From a virus: a stretch of 64,000 bases of DNA. The position numbers were made by a program, and so were the translations under genes. Location: positions 96,001 through 160,000 of the IMG/VR virus record IMGVR_UViG_3300023174_000052; one strand, given 5' to 3'. The notes beneath the pieces are model-generated. The model ran no database searches. It was not told where the DNA came from and worked only from the letters and a program-made list of their open reading frames with translations. Of the stretch, positions 28,704-38,979 are shown one piece after another; the first letter of the stretch is position 1; each line of letters begins with the position of its first letter.

Positions 28704-31014
28704 TTTTAGTTCTCACCATTATTCTATCGCTTGTTCGTTTATTAATAGGTTGCGCCAAGTCTGTCCTTGCAACTATGTTAAGATTATCATCATGAAAATT
28801 AACTCGACTTATTCGAATAAATCCTGTCTGTTCTTCGTTCACGTAATCAGAAAGATATAACGATTTCCAGTCTGGATTCGAGCTTGTGTTTAATTGCCAC
28901 GCTGGCGCGATCGCTGGTATTTCTAGAACGTCGACAGGTTGCATACCTCTCAAATTAACAGTGAATCCATCTTTTCCGAAAAGCTCTCCGTAATAAGGAT
29001 TAGTCACGACCGACAATCCTTCTGGGTACATCACAAAGCCAACACTCGACCATGTTGCATGTTCAGTATCAGCATCTGCTCTATATAAAAACCCCCTACC
29101 GTTATCTTTCAATCTTACCCGCATTGTTCCATTACTACCCGTCAACGATGGATCTATTAATTCGTAACTTTCAGGTAAAATTCGTGTACCATAAAATAGA
29201 TTGGACGCGTCGAAAAAAGTCACGGCATTTGAACTATCGTCCCTTGTTCTTTGGAAAATTGTCAAAACTGATCCAGGAGAAACGCCAGGATTTTCAGGCG
29301 ATGCTCCAGCGATTTGATTCAATATATCGCCATCTTGTATTAATCCTGGGAACAGCGAAGTTGTTGCAATAAGATGCGATAAATTAACGAAAGATAAATC
29401 AGGAGTTCCCATATCGGTGACAAACTTTTCCATGGCTCCACCGTATGAATAGTCGGAGTCAGTTCCGCTGTATAATAAAGAAAAATTAGGGTAAAATTTA
29501 CCATTATCGCATGGCAAAATTGTAAGATTTCTTCTGACAGTCGAACCTGTCGCGTAAAGATAAACGTTCGCTTCCAAGAATGTTGAAGAGTCGTAGTCTG
29601 CTTCGCTAGAAGTTAAAAACAATAGTCTAGGATAGTAACCTCTAACCATTTCTCTGAGGTGATTTTCTATATTTATTTGATGGCCACCTACACCAAAACT
29701 TAACGCTACGTTAAACGGGTCATCAGTTTCTAATATGTCAGACTGAAACGGCGTTTGTAATACTTTCCTTGTCTTCGTTTCTTTTCTAAAAAATGGTGGT
29801 AAATAAAAAAGTAAATCATTCTCAAGTTCTACACCATTAATACTACCGGACGCTAATGACTCTGAATCTCTTCTCGTTTTCCACAATCTTATTTCGTGTA
29901 GTTCTCCCTTAAAAGGGCTCCGCATATCGAAAGTTTCTGGTGCCTCGCTATCGTCGGGAGAATTAAACGCGTCAGTTACTCCTTCATCAACGATCGCAGT
30001 CTCTGAAAAGAAACCGTGCAATCCATTTAGAGATGTATTTGGACCATCGTAATAATTTCCTATCACGATGGCTGATCTATCATTATTCGAGGCGCTAAAT
30101 GGCAATAGATTTAAAGAACAAGAAAAAAATCCTGCAGAGTTACCGTCGATTATAAATGAACCTGTAGAATCATTGTGAGACGGTGACCATTGCACGGCAA
30201 CATGATGCCAGTGATTTTTAAATATCTTTAAATCTTCAGAAATAAACGCAAGATTAAGTTGTGAACTTCCGAGATTAGCAACATTAATACTTCTGGGATT
30301 TACGTCTGCACTATGTGATAGTTGTAATAGAACTCTAAACGAGTCTACTTCACCCTTATAATTTTTTTTGCTTCCACTCACTATAGAAACAGCGAGACAA
30401 GAAGACATATGCATGATTGTACCTGCGTCGTACGTCACACCGGTATATGATGGTTTAACATAAAATTCTAACGTAAAATCTTGCGACGGTGAATAAACAG
30501 GTAGGTTATTTTCTAATGGATTCGGATATACAATACTGGCAGACGTTGGACCGATATCATTAGGAAAGTGTATAGAATTATAATTTGTATAACCCCAACC
30601 GATTCCAGGTTGGGCGATTCTATAATGCGGCATTAAACTTGAACGTATGACATTCTTTCTTAATGTGTCAGACGTGAATTTAAATGAAGGTTCGAATCTT
30701 ATAACTTCTACAGATTTGTCGAATCTTGGATCAATAGCTGCATTATTCACAGCCGTCATATAATTTTCTAAAAAGATCTCAAAGTCTGATTCGTTTGAAT
30801 GTTCTTTCACATCTCTTAATGAACTTTCTGGCGAATTCTCAGAGTATGCAGCATCGTTGAATACGCTGGAATTTTTTTCGATTTCAGATAATCTTTTATA
30901 TACTCGAATCGTGCCGTCGATGCCCGTCGTTGAGGACGAAGTGAACGTCCGTATAGGACGAGCCATGACTGTGAAAGTGTCGAAGGCATCTACGGGTAAT
31001 TTTATGAATGCCAT
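28693..31014 (-). CDS. Baseplate/tail structural protein with a LamG-like domain
   Basis: 773 aa; FTLEFYVKP, WHHVAVQW, FKGELHEIRLW; C-terminal DDNLNIVARTDLAQPINK...RTKIDF shared with the adjacent gene. Confidence 0.65.
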   Translation of the reverse strand: MAFIKLPVDAFDTFTVMARPIRTFTSSSTTGIDGTIRVYKRLSEIEKNSSVFNDAAYSENSPESSLRDVKEHSNESDFEIFLENYMTAVNNAAIDPRFDKSVEVIRFEPSFKFTSDTLRKNVIRSSLMPHYRIAQPGIGWGYTNYNSIHFPNDIGPTSASIVYPNPLENNLPVYSPSQDFTLEFYVKPSYTGVTYDAGTIMHMSSCLAVSIVSGSKKNYKGEVDSFRVLLQLSHSADVNPRSINVANLGSSQLNLAFISEDLKIFKNHWHHVAVQWSPSHNDSTGSFIIDGNSAGFFSCSLNLLPFSASNNDRSAIVIGNYYDGPNTSLNGLHGFFSETAIVDEGVTDAFNSPDDSEAPETFDMRSPFKGELHEIRLWKTRRDSESLASGSINGVELENDLLFYLPPFFRKETKTRKVLQTPFQSDILETDDPFNVALSFGVGGHQINIENHLREMVRGYYPRLLFLTSSEADYDSSTFLEANVYLYATGSTVRRNLTILPCDNGKFYPNFSLLYSGTDSDYSYGGAMEKFVTDMGTPDLSFVNLSHLIATTSLFPGLIQDGDILNQIAGASPENPGVSPGSVLTIFQRTRDDSSNAVTFFDASNLFYGTRILPESYELIDPSLTGSNGTMRVRLKDNGRGFLYRADADTEHATWSSVGFVMYPEGLSVVTNPYYGELFGKDGFTVNLRGMQPVDVLEIPAIAPAWQLNTSSNPDWKSLYLSDYVNEEQTGFIRISRVNFHDDNLNIVARTDLAQPINKRTSDRIMVRTKIDF

Positions 31015-31056
31015 CCGTCATCTCCCTATGTCATGGATGTCGGGCGGCAAGACTTT

Positions 31057-32325
31057 TTAGAAGTCAAGCCTGACCCTGACCGTCAGGTCCTTTTCGTAAT
31101 TTTTTTCGATTGGTCTTGAGAATTTAGCGACAGCCAACAGATTATCGTTCGCATCGTATAGACCAATAGTCGTTGGGTACGTAAAACTAGTCTGGACATC
31201 TTCTTGACCAGCTTCTATAACAACGATTCTATCATCCGTGTCTGTATAAGTTGGATTCGTGGAATAGTTAAATTCGTCGGCAGTTGCTCTACAGAAAACG
31301 AGAGTTGAATTTATCGTAGTTTGATTCTGAAATGTGATGGCCGTATACGAACCCGACGAGAATCTGCAAGAAGCAACATGATCAATAATATCGTCCATCG
31401 AAGAAGAAACGAAAAAGTCGGGTATAAACTTGGCTGATCGATTCGAACTTGGGAACGATCCACTTCCTAAAATCGTAGTACCAGGACCATATAGAGTTCC
31501 TGTGGTCGCCGAAATTACTCCTGAAACGTGTTGATCTGCCCAAATAATCTTTTTAGCATCCAACACTACGATACCAGCGTCGTAAAATGCAAGACCTACT
31601 TTTCTAGAAGAGTTCGCTGCGTCAACTATATCGCCAACCTCTCCGCCGAATGTAACGCGTCTATTTGAAGTAGAACCCACGTCTGTAAATAATGTCGCGC
31701 CAAAATCTGATGTTCTGCTAACATTCGAACCCGTATACGCGTTCGCTATGGCGCGCTCTTCAACAGAAGCGTAGGGACTACCGTCCAATGTAGCTGTCAC
31801 GTAAAATCTCATAGCGAAAGATTCTCGCTTTAATTTATCACGCATAAATAAGCGTTTGAAATCTAAAAAGATAGCCTCGTCGATTCTATCGTCAGCGGCA
31901 GTCGAATCAAATGGCGAATAAAATGATTCCTCATTATCTCCAAGTAATTTACCAGCGTGAAGACGATACATATCAACTTTTTCTCGCATCATTAATGATG
32001 AAGAATTAAATAACATCTTTCCAGTTGTATCTGTTCCAGTAGAACAATCGCTGACGGTAGGAGAAGAATGAAATAAACCGACTGTCAAATCGAAAATTGG
32101 ATTTGCTACTTGTAACGTATAATCCTGATCGTAAATCGTTTGGAACAACGAAGATGTAACTGAATAGACCGTCGCAGTTTGGTCGGCAGACGATGTAACG
32201 AACATATCATATACTTTTCTCGTGGTCGAACCAGAAATATCGTTTTGAACGATATCGATTAATTGATTCAACGCAGTCCTGGTAGTTTGTATATCTGCGG
32301 ATGTTAATTCTTTGAATGTTGCCAT
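31057..32325 (-). CDS. Baseplate/tail structural protein
   Basis: 422 aa; FNYSTNPTY...YPTTIGLYDANDNLLAVAKFSRPIEK...VRVRLDF C-terminal domain. Confidence 0.65.
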   Translation of the reverse strand: MATFKELTSADIQTTRTALNQLIDIVQNDISGSTTRKVYDMFVTSSADQTATVYSVTSSLFQTIYDQDYTLQVANPIFDLTVGLFHSSPTVSDCSTGTDTTGKMLFNSSSLMMREKVDMYRLHAGKLLGDNEESFYSPFDSTAADDRIDEAIFLDFKRLFMRDKLKRESFAMRFYVTATLDGSPYASVEERAIANAYTGSNVSRTSDFGATLFTDVGSTSNRRVTFGGEVGDIVDAANSSRKVGLAFYDAGIVVLDAKKIIWADQHVSGVISATTGTLYGPGTTILGSGSFPSSNRSAKFIPDFFVSSSMDDIIDHVASCRFSSGSYTAITFQNQTTINSTLVFCRATADEFNYSTNPTYTDTDDRIVVIEAGQEDVQTSFTYPTTIGLYDANDNLLAVAKFSRPIEKNYEKDLTVRVRLDF

Positions 32326-32346
32326 TTTATCACTTTATTACGTTTA

Positions 32347-33057
32347 TTATGATGAAATCGAAATTACGAAATCGCTTACGGCGCCCGATTGAAGACCGGT
32401 CACGCTTCCGACTGCGTTTATTATTGTCTTATCAGTTGAAAGGCCATAGATTAAAAATTGTGTACTTGTAATAGATTTTAACGCTAGCGTAAATCCGACA
32501 ATTGATCCACCGGCAGCCGTTGTAGTCGGATTCCTGACGATCGTATAATAAGCGATGCCGTCCCTATCGACGTAACCAGGAGTTGCACCTGCGATTTGCA
32601 AAAACATGTTAGGGATCTTTACCATAAATTCTTGATCCCTTAAATCGACGTCGATAGTAGGTTCACCAGTAATTTGTTGCGTGAATGTTACAAATTTTGT
32701 AGAGTCGACGGAGTTTAATTTCATCGAAAGTAGGTTACTCGTTGTAGAACTAGAACCTGCAGTTAGAGATATATTCGGCATTCTCACAAGATTAGGATTA
32801 GAAACAGATACATTTTTATATTTTAAAGCCAATCCTGCATTTGTTTGCGCTTCAAAAACGGGAGTATTCTTTTCTATCTTTTCTTTTCCTATTACTCTTC
32901 CAAACTTTTCTATAATAGTATAATCTACTTCGTCGTCAGCGAATGCAAATTTGACTATACTAAAACTACCATCATTTCTCGCAAGAAATTGACGACCAAC
33001 ATCTGTTAAAACTGCGTCGACGATAATATTTGATGACGAATGATCAAGAAATCCCAT
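32347..33057 (-). CDS. Baseplate/tail-fibre attachment-type structural protein
   Basis: 236 aa; MGFLD...DAVLTDVGRQFLA....FSIVKFAFADDEVDY resembles fibre-attachment N-terminal domains. Confidence 0.6.
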   Translation of the reverse strand: MGFLDHSSSNIIVDAVLTDVGRQFLARNDGSFSIVKFAFADDEVDYTIIEKFGRVIGKEKIEKNTPVFEAQTNAGLALKYKNVSVSNPNLVRMPNISLTAGSSSTTSNLLSMKLNSVDSTKFVTFTQQITGEPTIDVDLRDQEFMVKIPNMFLQIAGATPGYVDRDGIAYYTIVRNPTTTAAGGSIVGFTLALKSITSTQFLIYGLSTDKTIINAVGSVTGLQSGAVSDFVISISS

Positions 33058-33077
33058 GTTATTTTACCCAGCTCGTT

Positions 33078-33085
33078 TAAATATC
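33078..33085 (-). promoter_or_regulatory. Candidate phage late promoter GATATTTA
   Basis: GATANWTA match overlapping the upstream TGA stop. Confidence 0.5.
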
Positions 33086-34796
33086 AAGAACTTGTCGTTC
33101 TAAGTAAATCAGTTATTGTTATTGGTACAGATATAACCTGTCCCCTCGTGACATCTAAAATATTTATGCAATACCCACCAGTCCCATCAGTTTTCACTGC
33201 TTCAACGATAGAACCATCGTTACTTTTTAATTTCAAATACTCGGGATCAAAATATACATTGATTCTTCTTTTTTTCGAAGTAAGAATAAGATCTTGGAAA
33301 AAATTTTGTTTAATAAAAATATTGGGATATTGTCGAGGAGCACCTTGAGGCGATATCGATTTTTTAATTAGAACATTTTTTATTTTATCGAATGTCACTT
33401 CAAACTGATGCGAATAATTTGAAACTAAACCCCGAGCATCAACGCATGCGACAGTATAAATGTACTTAGAATCCTTTTTAAATGAAGTATCTACGTAAAT
33501 ATTATAGGGAGACGTTACTTTTTTTGTAAGTTTTTCTAAAACGTTTTCGGATCGAAATGGTTGTTTCAAAGAATCGTTGAAATCATATTCGATCAATAAC
33601 TCAAAAGGTTTATCAAGAGCATCTCTTCTAAAAACTTGAAAATATTTTACATCTTGTCTCGGATTGACTGGAAATGCCCAAGATAAAACGAGGTTATTAT
33701 TTTGATAATCCCATCGTGCATTAAAATCAGCAGGTGGTTCGGGTGGGATATCATCAAATAAAAAGACGGTCGATGCGTTGGATGGTTTGGATTGAAATAA
33801 AATATCAGCGCTTAATATATCACCTGTATCACTTGCTAGTGCTGACGTGGTTACAAGATATACAGCGTGTAACCAGTAGTTGTATCGAGCTCCTAACTTG
33901 ACTTTATAATCAATGTATGTTGAAATATCAGGAGAAATAACATCAATTAATTTAGACTCTATCGTGCCGTCTTGCTTCGTTTCACTTCTATAAACAAGTG
34001 TAGCTACGTTAACAATACCCGACGAAAATTCTCCAACTGTTGAATGACTTATCGAAACGGGTTCGAGGATGGTTAAAAAATCACTCGATGATATCGCGGG
34101 AGATTTAGCTCGACCTTTATCTTGAATTTCCTTAATTTTTTTTGATAATAATCCCATTGATGTAGTCTGACCTACTAATGAGTTGGTTTCTACTTTAGAT
34201 ATTAGATCTTCTATAAATTTATCATTTATTGTATAGGCCGAAGAATTTTGCTTTACTTCTTCGAATTTATTCGAGTTTATAATCTTTCTATCGCTTATAA
34301 ATTGTGCGCCAGCTTCAGCATATGAGACGGCAAGCTCTTGTAATAGTTCTCTATCTACGGACGGACCAAGATTTTTGCCCAATTCTAAAGCGACATCCGT
34401 CATGTTGCCATTTATACTACGAAGCGTCGCAGATCTCATGATCGTTTGAAACACTCTATCAGAAATAGAAGAATCTTGCGTTAAAATCGTAGTTGAACTT
34501 GAATTTCCGATATCCTCTGCGCCATAAATTCTATCGATGTTTAATTTAACTACGTCTAACTTATTAACGTCTGAGATTTTTACTTCTTTGGGCGTAGTAA
34601 AGTTTAATGTAACATATCTTGGGGATTTTCTTGACCTATCTTTTTCATTTGCGTATTTTGCTATGTTCGGACTAATCGCTTCTATAACGGCTTCATCCTT
34701 TGTAAAAAAATTATAAAAAAACTTTGCGCTTAAATCTTTATGTGTAGGTAGACGTATCGAAGAAATTAAGTTCGAAGAATATGTATAAGTTTTCAA
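33084..34796 (-). CDS. Putative virion protein with FN3/Ig-like segments
   Basis: 570 aa; YIDYKVKLGARYNY, PPEPP...LVLSW...YFQVFRR...YVDT...YIYTVACVDARGLVSNYS. Confidence 0.6.
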   Translation of the reverse strand: MKTYTYSSNLISSIRLPTHKDLSAKFFYNFFTKDEAVIEAISPNIAKYANEKDRSRKSPRYVTLNFTTPKEVKISDVNKLDVVKLNIDRIYGAEDIGNSSSTTILTQDSSISDRVFQTIMRSATLRSINGNMTDVALELGKNLGPSVDRELLQELAVSYAEAGAQFISDRKIINSNKFEEVKQNSSAYTINDKFIEDLISKVETNSLVGQTTSMGLLSKKIKEIQDKGRAKSPAISSSDFLTILEPVSISHSTVGEFSSGIVNVATLVYRSETKQDGTIESKLIDVISPDISTYIDYKVKLGARYNYWLHAVYLVTTSALASDTGDILSADILFQSKPSNASTVFLFDDIPPEPPADFNARWDYQNNNLVLSWAFPVNPRQDVKYFQVFRRDALDKPFELLIEYDFNDSLKQPFRSENVLEKLTKKVTSPYNIYVDTSFKKDSKYIYTVACVDARGLVSNYSHQFEVTFDKIKNVLIKKSISPQGAPRQYPNIFIKQNFFQDLILTSKKRRINVYFDPEYLKLKSNDGSIVEAVKTDGTGGYCINILDVTRGQVISVPITITDLLRTTSS

Positions 34797-37700
34797 TTTG
34801 ACACCAAATTAATTTTAACGCTCATTTCTTCCGCAATAAGTCTGGACATTTTACCTTCTTCTTTCGTATATTTCAAAGTCGTGCCATTGTCGGTCATCAA
34901 TAGCGAACGCAATAAACCTGATATCATAGTCGTGGCTGACTCGATTGAGTAAGATAGTTCTCTATCTATCTCGAAATCATTTGATGAAAGGACAAAGCAA
35001 TAAGTTCTTTCAAAAATAGCAGGTGCCGTAAGTTCATTTAATTCATTTTCATATGAAAATATTGGATCGTTTATAAACGAAGTGAACAATCTATGCGTAG
35101 GTTGGTCCGTCTTGTCGATTACATTTTTTCCTAATTGTGAAAATGTCTTAAATAAATAATTCTCTCCGTCTTTAAATAAATAATCTTCTTCACTCATATC
35201 GCCTAATGGCAAAATGTTTCCTATAATCTGATCTGATTTAATACTTCTAAAGAATTCGAATCCAGATCTCGACATTCTATTCCTATTCTTCGTCGAGGTT
35301 AAGTTTTCGAATTCTATTCCATTTAAAGATTTCGTAGTCAATTTACATAAACAATCTATAATATGATTAATTGCTATTACGACTGAATCGCTATACTCTA
35401 GTCCGGTTACATTACTTATAAAAGTTACTGCGTCGGTGAATTGATGTTGATTCCATTTTTTATCGTAATAACACAAAAATGTGAAATCTTCAAAAGAAGA
35501 AATCATATCAGACTTAATACTAAACTGTGGTATTACTTCTAAAAGCGGCGTGAATCTTATTTTCGCTGGTTTATTAATGATATCAGAGAATTGTACATCT
35601 CTTTTAGTTATTTCTATTTCGAGATATTCTCCTCGACCTGAAATATCTAGATCGGTTATTCCTTTAGAATCAACTCTTCGAAGAGTTTCTACACTTTTGA
35701 CAGGTATTCCAACAGTTATTATATCAAAGTCCTTTATATTTGGAGATCTTAATAAAAACGAGACTATATTGTTAGCTATTCTGGACGATCTCGTTGAGTA
35801 TCTAACTGTTATTGGATTTTCAAATTCTTTAATTAATGATAGTTGTTTTAGCGAAATATATTCTTTAGTAAGATTATCTAACAATTCTACTTTGTTGTTC
35901 GCTTTAAGATTATTGACTATTTTTTTCATCTCGTTAGTAGAAATAGTATTTGTAAGAGATGATACAGAAGCCGTGTATGTTTCTACGTACGCTTTCATCA
36001 AACAGTATCTTTCTATAGCTAAATCATTCGAAGTAGAACAATAAGAAATCGCTTTTAATATATCAGAAAATTTTGTAATAGCCGTAGTAGAAGCAGCTAT
36101 ATCAGCAGTAGTACCACTAGACGAAGCTAAAACGCTCAATATACGTCTCTCTTCGAGCAATTTTTCGACGTCTATTCTTGACTCGACCGTTAAAATATTA
36201 GTCGATTCACTATTTCTATTTCTTATTTTTACAAGTCTTGAAGAATTAAATAGTGATAAAATTGAATTAAATATTTGATATATGATAAACTTAATCTTTT
36301 GATTATTTAAATAATAATTACTCGTGACATTATCGACATCACTTGATAATTTTAAAGTTTCTCTTATCGCTTTTGTAAGTTCAAAATAAAATTCTTTCAT
36401 ACAATGTGATATAGAATTGTCAAAGTTTAATCGATCTACTATTTCCTCGAGTGTTGATGGAGTTATAACTCCATCAACAATATCATTTGTACCATCTAAT
36501 AATGTACTAAGAATATCGAAATATCTTTCGGGAATATTCATGCCATCATATACGGTCATATTCCTCGTACCTTTTTTTATATTTGAAGAAGCAATATTTA
36601 AATTTGTGTTCTTCTTAAATGTATTTTTGTCTTCTTCTCTAGATTCTCCATCTATTAGATTAATAGATGAAATTAAATTAGACAACTCTTCTATCGTTCC
36701 ATCGTCATTCGCTTCTGACGGGTTCGAAAGATAGAGCTTTTTAGAAATTTTAGAATTCGAATTTGAACTTAAACCGCCATAAGAAATATTAGAGTGTTCT
36801 ATAACGCCATCTTTAATTAAAGATGTCCCGAGAATCCTAGACGATTGTAAATCTATACTTATCCTCTTAATATTCGGCGAAATAAATGTAGAAGTTATTT
36901 TCGAAGACTTAGCGCTATTATTCTCTAACTTCTTTGATAATTTTCTTGTGTTAAAGTTTTCTATTCTTTTATCTTTTAAAAAAGATCTATTCGAATTAAT
37001 AGGATTTTGAATTTTTATTGATGTTTTTTTCTTTAGAACTTTTGCTTCTAATGCGTATGATCCGAATGTAATGCCTGATATTGCGCTAGAACGTGTGATT
37101 TCATCATGATTTTTTTGGTCATTCTTCTTATTGGTTCTAGCTGTCGATTTTGAACTAGCAATTTTTAAAATTGGATTTTGCAAATTAGGATCTTCGATAT
37201 CTTTGTCTCTACTTTTTAAAATATCATCGATTGAAACATCAAGTAATTCAAGAGATGCTTTACTAATACCTACTTTTCTTTCATCGGTGTCTGCACTTGG
37301 AACTATGTTTTTATTTCTTTCTTCGTTTGTTTTGCCTGTTCTCGACGAGTAAAAACCACCTGATGAATATGGTCCTTTTTGTTCTGCACTTACTTGATTC
37401 GAATCTCTAGTCTGTAAGTTAAAAGCAAAGTTATTTTTTATATTTGTCGGTTGAACCTTAAATGGAATTAAGATAGCGGGTCTTATTAACGGAGATGTAT
37501 TCGTGTTAATCGATTCTGTAGTATCTTCGAAAATTTTCGTGAATATATTAAATCTTGCGCCTGTTCCATTCGTCGTATTATTTTTAGCTATTTCACAAAA
37601 CAATGATAGTTGTATGAATTCTTTAGGAGCAGTTACAATTTGACCGGGTTTTTGAAGTTCTCTATATCTATCCGTACTTTTTAAAACGTATTCGCATATC

Positions 37701-38977
37701 CAAGTTAACAAACCAGACCCTGTTATTCTCGAATCTCCGTCTTCTATACCTCTTATAATTTTAATTTGATTTAGATATGAACCGATTTTTGATGAAAAGT
37801 CTCTAGAAAACGTAGTTAACTTTGAAAAATCAAGCGATGCATCGGTGACAGATGGATCGACATATTCTTCTAATACGCCTTTGTAAGATACTCCATCTAT
37901 CGCATGCGTGCGTACCTCAAAAGGTAGCGTATTATTGTTTCTCAGTAACGAAGTAATAGCAGTATCTATAGATTCATCACGAATTACATTCGTAATAGGT
38001 GATACTTTACTAGTTAATACATCGAAAATATTATTAGAACCTATTTTTTTTAAACCAATCGTTGTAGTAAGTTCATATGACAACGCGTCGGCCAAAATAC
38101 ACAATCTAGCGTATGCATCTTTAGGAAGACTGGTTTCTATATCGAAAAAATCCGATTTATTCATCACGTCTTTTGTTGATAGTAATTGTAAAAAATCATT
38201 GGCAACATCGTGTTCAATAACGGGCAAAAAGAATCTGGACGCTTGTTCTATCGATCTAGTTGATGGTTTAAAACTCACATTTCCAGGAAGGACAAGAGAA
38301 ATTAATAACAATTGCAACAGTGAAGTATTACTCAAAACAGTAACGTCGTCTAATCCTAAGAACGTTCTTTTTAAAGACATAGAAGATCCTTTGGGATCTT
38401 CACTAAATTTAGTGACTATTCTTTCTCTTTTTTTAGATGCGACTTTATGCAAGTTTTTGTTAGATTCTATAAAGTTTATTGAATCTCTAAAATCATCAAT
38501 ACTCGAGACTATTCTCGCAAGCGACGAAAAAATATCGTTAGTATTACTTCTATTCTCGAAGTATCCATTTAAACGCTCTTCAAGTGCATTACGTAACGAG
38601 GGTCGTGAGAATATTAAATCGAAAATTGTTTTTAAATCGGCTTCATCGAGCGATGCTTCGAGATTTTTTAAACTTAATAATTTTTGATATAAAATAGGAT
38701 CGTCTTCGAATAACTGAGTGATAGCTACGATCTCTGGTCTTTGTGGATCGACTGAAAATTTATCGCTTCCTTTTGAATCGAATATTCCCGTCAAAGATAT
38801 AGCATCGTCAGCATTACGTTCTAAGTTAACTTGTCGCTCTATGGTATCAATAAACCCTATCGGAACACCAGCGTAACCGTCTTCTTCGTCATAAGCAGTG
38901 GAAACGACTTTTTCTGACGTTTTAGCTTTTGGTTGACAATTTAATAATGAGCGTCGAAAGGAATTTTTAATTGGCAT
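34793..38977 (-). CDS. Large hypothetical protein in the baseplate module
   Basis: 1394-aa uninterrupted ORF, very AT-rich, with a central S/K/N-rich low-complexity region. Confidence 0.75.
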   Translation of the reverse strand: MPIKNSFRRSLLNCQPKAKTSEKVVSTAYDEEDGYAGVPIGFIDTIERQVNLERNADDAISLTGIFDSKGSDKFSVDPQRPEIVAITQLFEDDPILYQKLLSLKNLEASLDEADLKTIFDLIFSRPSLRNALEERLNGYFENRSNTNDIFSSLARIVSSIDDFRDSINFIESNKNLHKVASKKRERIVTKFSEDPKGSSMSLKRTFLGLDDVTVLSNTSLLQLLLISLVLPGNVSFKPSTRSIEQASRFFLPVIEHDVANDFLQLLSTKDVMNKSDFFDIETSLPKDAYARLCILADALSYELTTTIGLKKIGSNNIFDVLTSKVSPITNVIRDESIDTAITSLLRNNNTLPFEVRTHAIDGVSYKGVLEEYVDPSVTDASLDFSKLTTFSRDFSSKIGSYLNQIKIIRGIEDGDSRITGSGLLTWICEYVLKSTDRYRELQKPGQIVTAPKEFIQLSLFCEIAKNNTTNGTGARFNIFTKIFEDTTESINTNTSPLIRPAILIPFKVQPTNIKNNFAFNLQTRDSNQVSAEQKGPYSSGGFYSSRTGKTNEERNKNIVPSADTDERKVGISKASLELLDVSIDDILKSRDKDIEDPNLQNPILKIASSKSTARTNKKNDQKNHDEITRSSAISGITFGSYALEAKVLKKKTSIKIQNPINSNRSFLKDKRIENFNTRKLSKKLENNSAKSSKITSTFISPNIKRISIDLQSSRILGTSLIKDGVIEHSNISYGGLSSNSNSKISKKLYLSNPSEANDDGTIEELSNLISSINLIDGESREEDKNTFKKNTNLNIASSNIKKGTRNMTVYDGMNIPERYFDILSTLLDGTNDIVDGVITPSTLEEIVDRLNFDNSISHCMKEFYFELTKAIRETLKLSSDVDNVTSNYYLNNQKIKFIIYQIFNSILSLFNSSRLVKIRNRNSESTNILTVESRIDVEKLLEERRILSVLASSSGTTADIAASTTAITKFSDILKAISYCSTSNDLAIERYCLMKAYVETYTASVSSLTNTISTNEMKKIVNNLKANNKVELLDNLTKEYISLKQLSLIKEFENPITVRYSTRSSRIANNIVSFLLRSPNIKDFDIITVGIPVKSVETLRRVDSKGITDLDISGRGEYLEIEITKRDVQFSDIINKPAKIRFTPLLEVIPQFSIKSDMISSFEDFTFLCYYDKKWNQHQFTDAVTFISNVTGLEYSDSVVIAINHIIDCLCKLTTKSLNGIEFENLTSTKNRNRMSRSGFEFFRSIKSDQIIGNILPLGDMSEEDYLFKDGENYLFKTFSQLGKNVIDKTDQPTHRLFTSFINDPIFSYENELNELTAPAIFERTYCFVLSSNDFEIDRELSYSIESATTMISGLLRSLLMTDNGTTLKYTKEEGKMSRLIAEEMSVKINLVSN

Positions 38978-38979
38978 TT

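Noticed and set aside
31012-31056. GC-rich spacer with a possible CATCC/GGATG hairpin around the RBS of the 773-aa gene
   Set aside because: Only 5+3 bp with an internal loop; too weak to support without folding or conservation data.
37908-38687. Long plus-strand ORFs (259 aa here; also 19645-20304, 35481-36044, 25591-26115, 10639-11145, 364-645)
   Set aside because: All are antisense shadows of well-supported minus-strand genes, with S/I/F/L-rich mirror composition and no motifs or RBS.
34793-38977. 1394-aa protein as the tape measure protein
   Set aside because: Lacks the Ala/Gly-rich helical periodicity; the tape measure is more likely beyond the left edge after the gp26-like gene.
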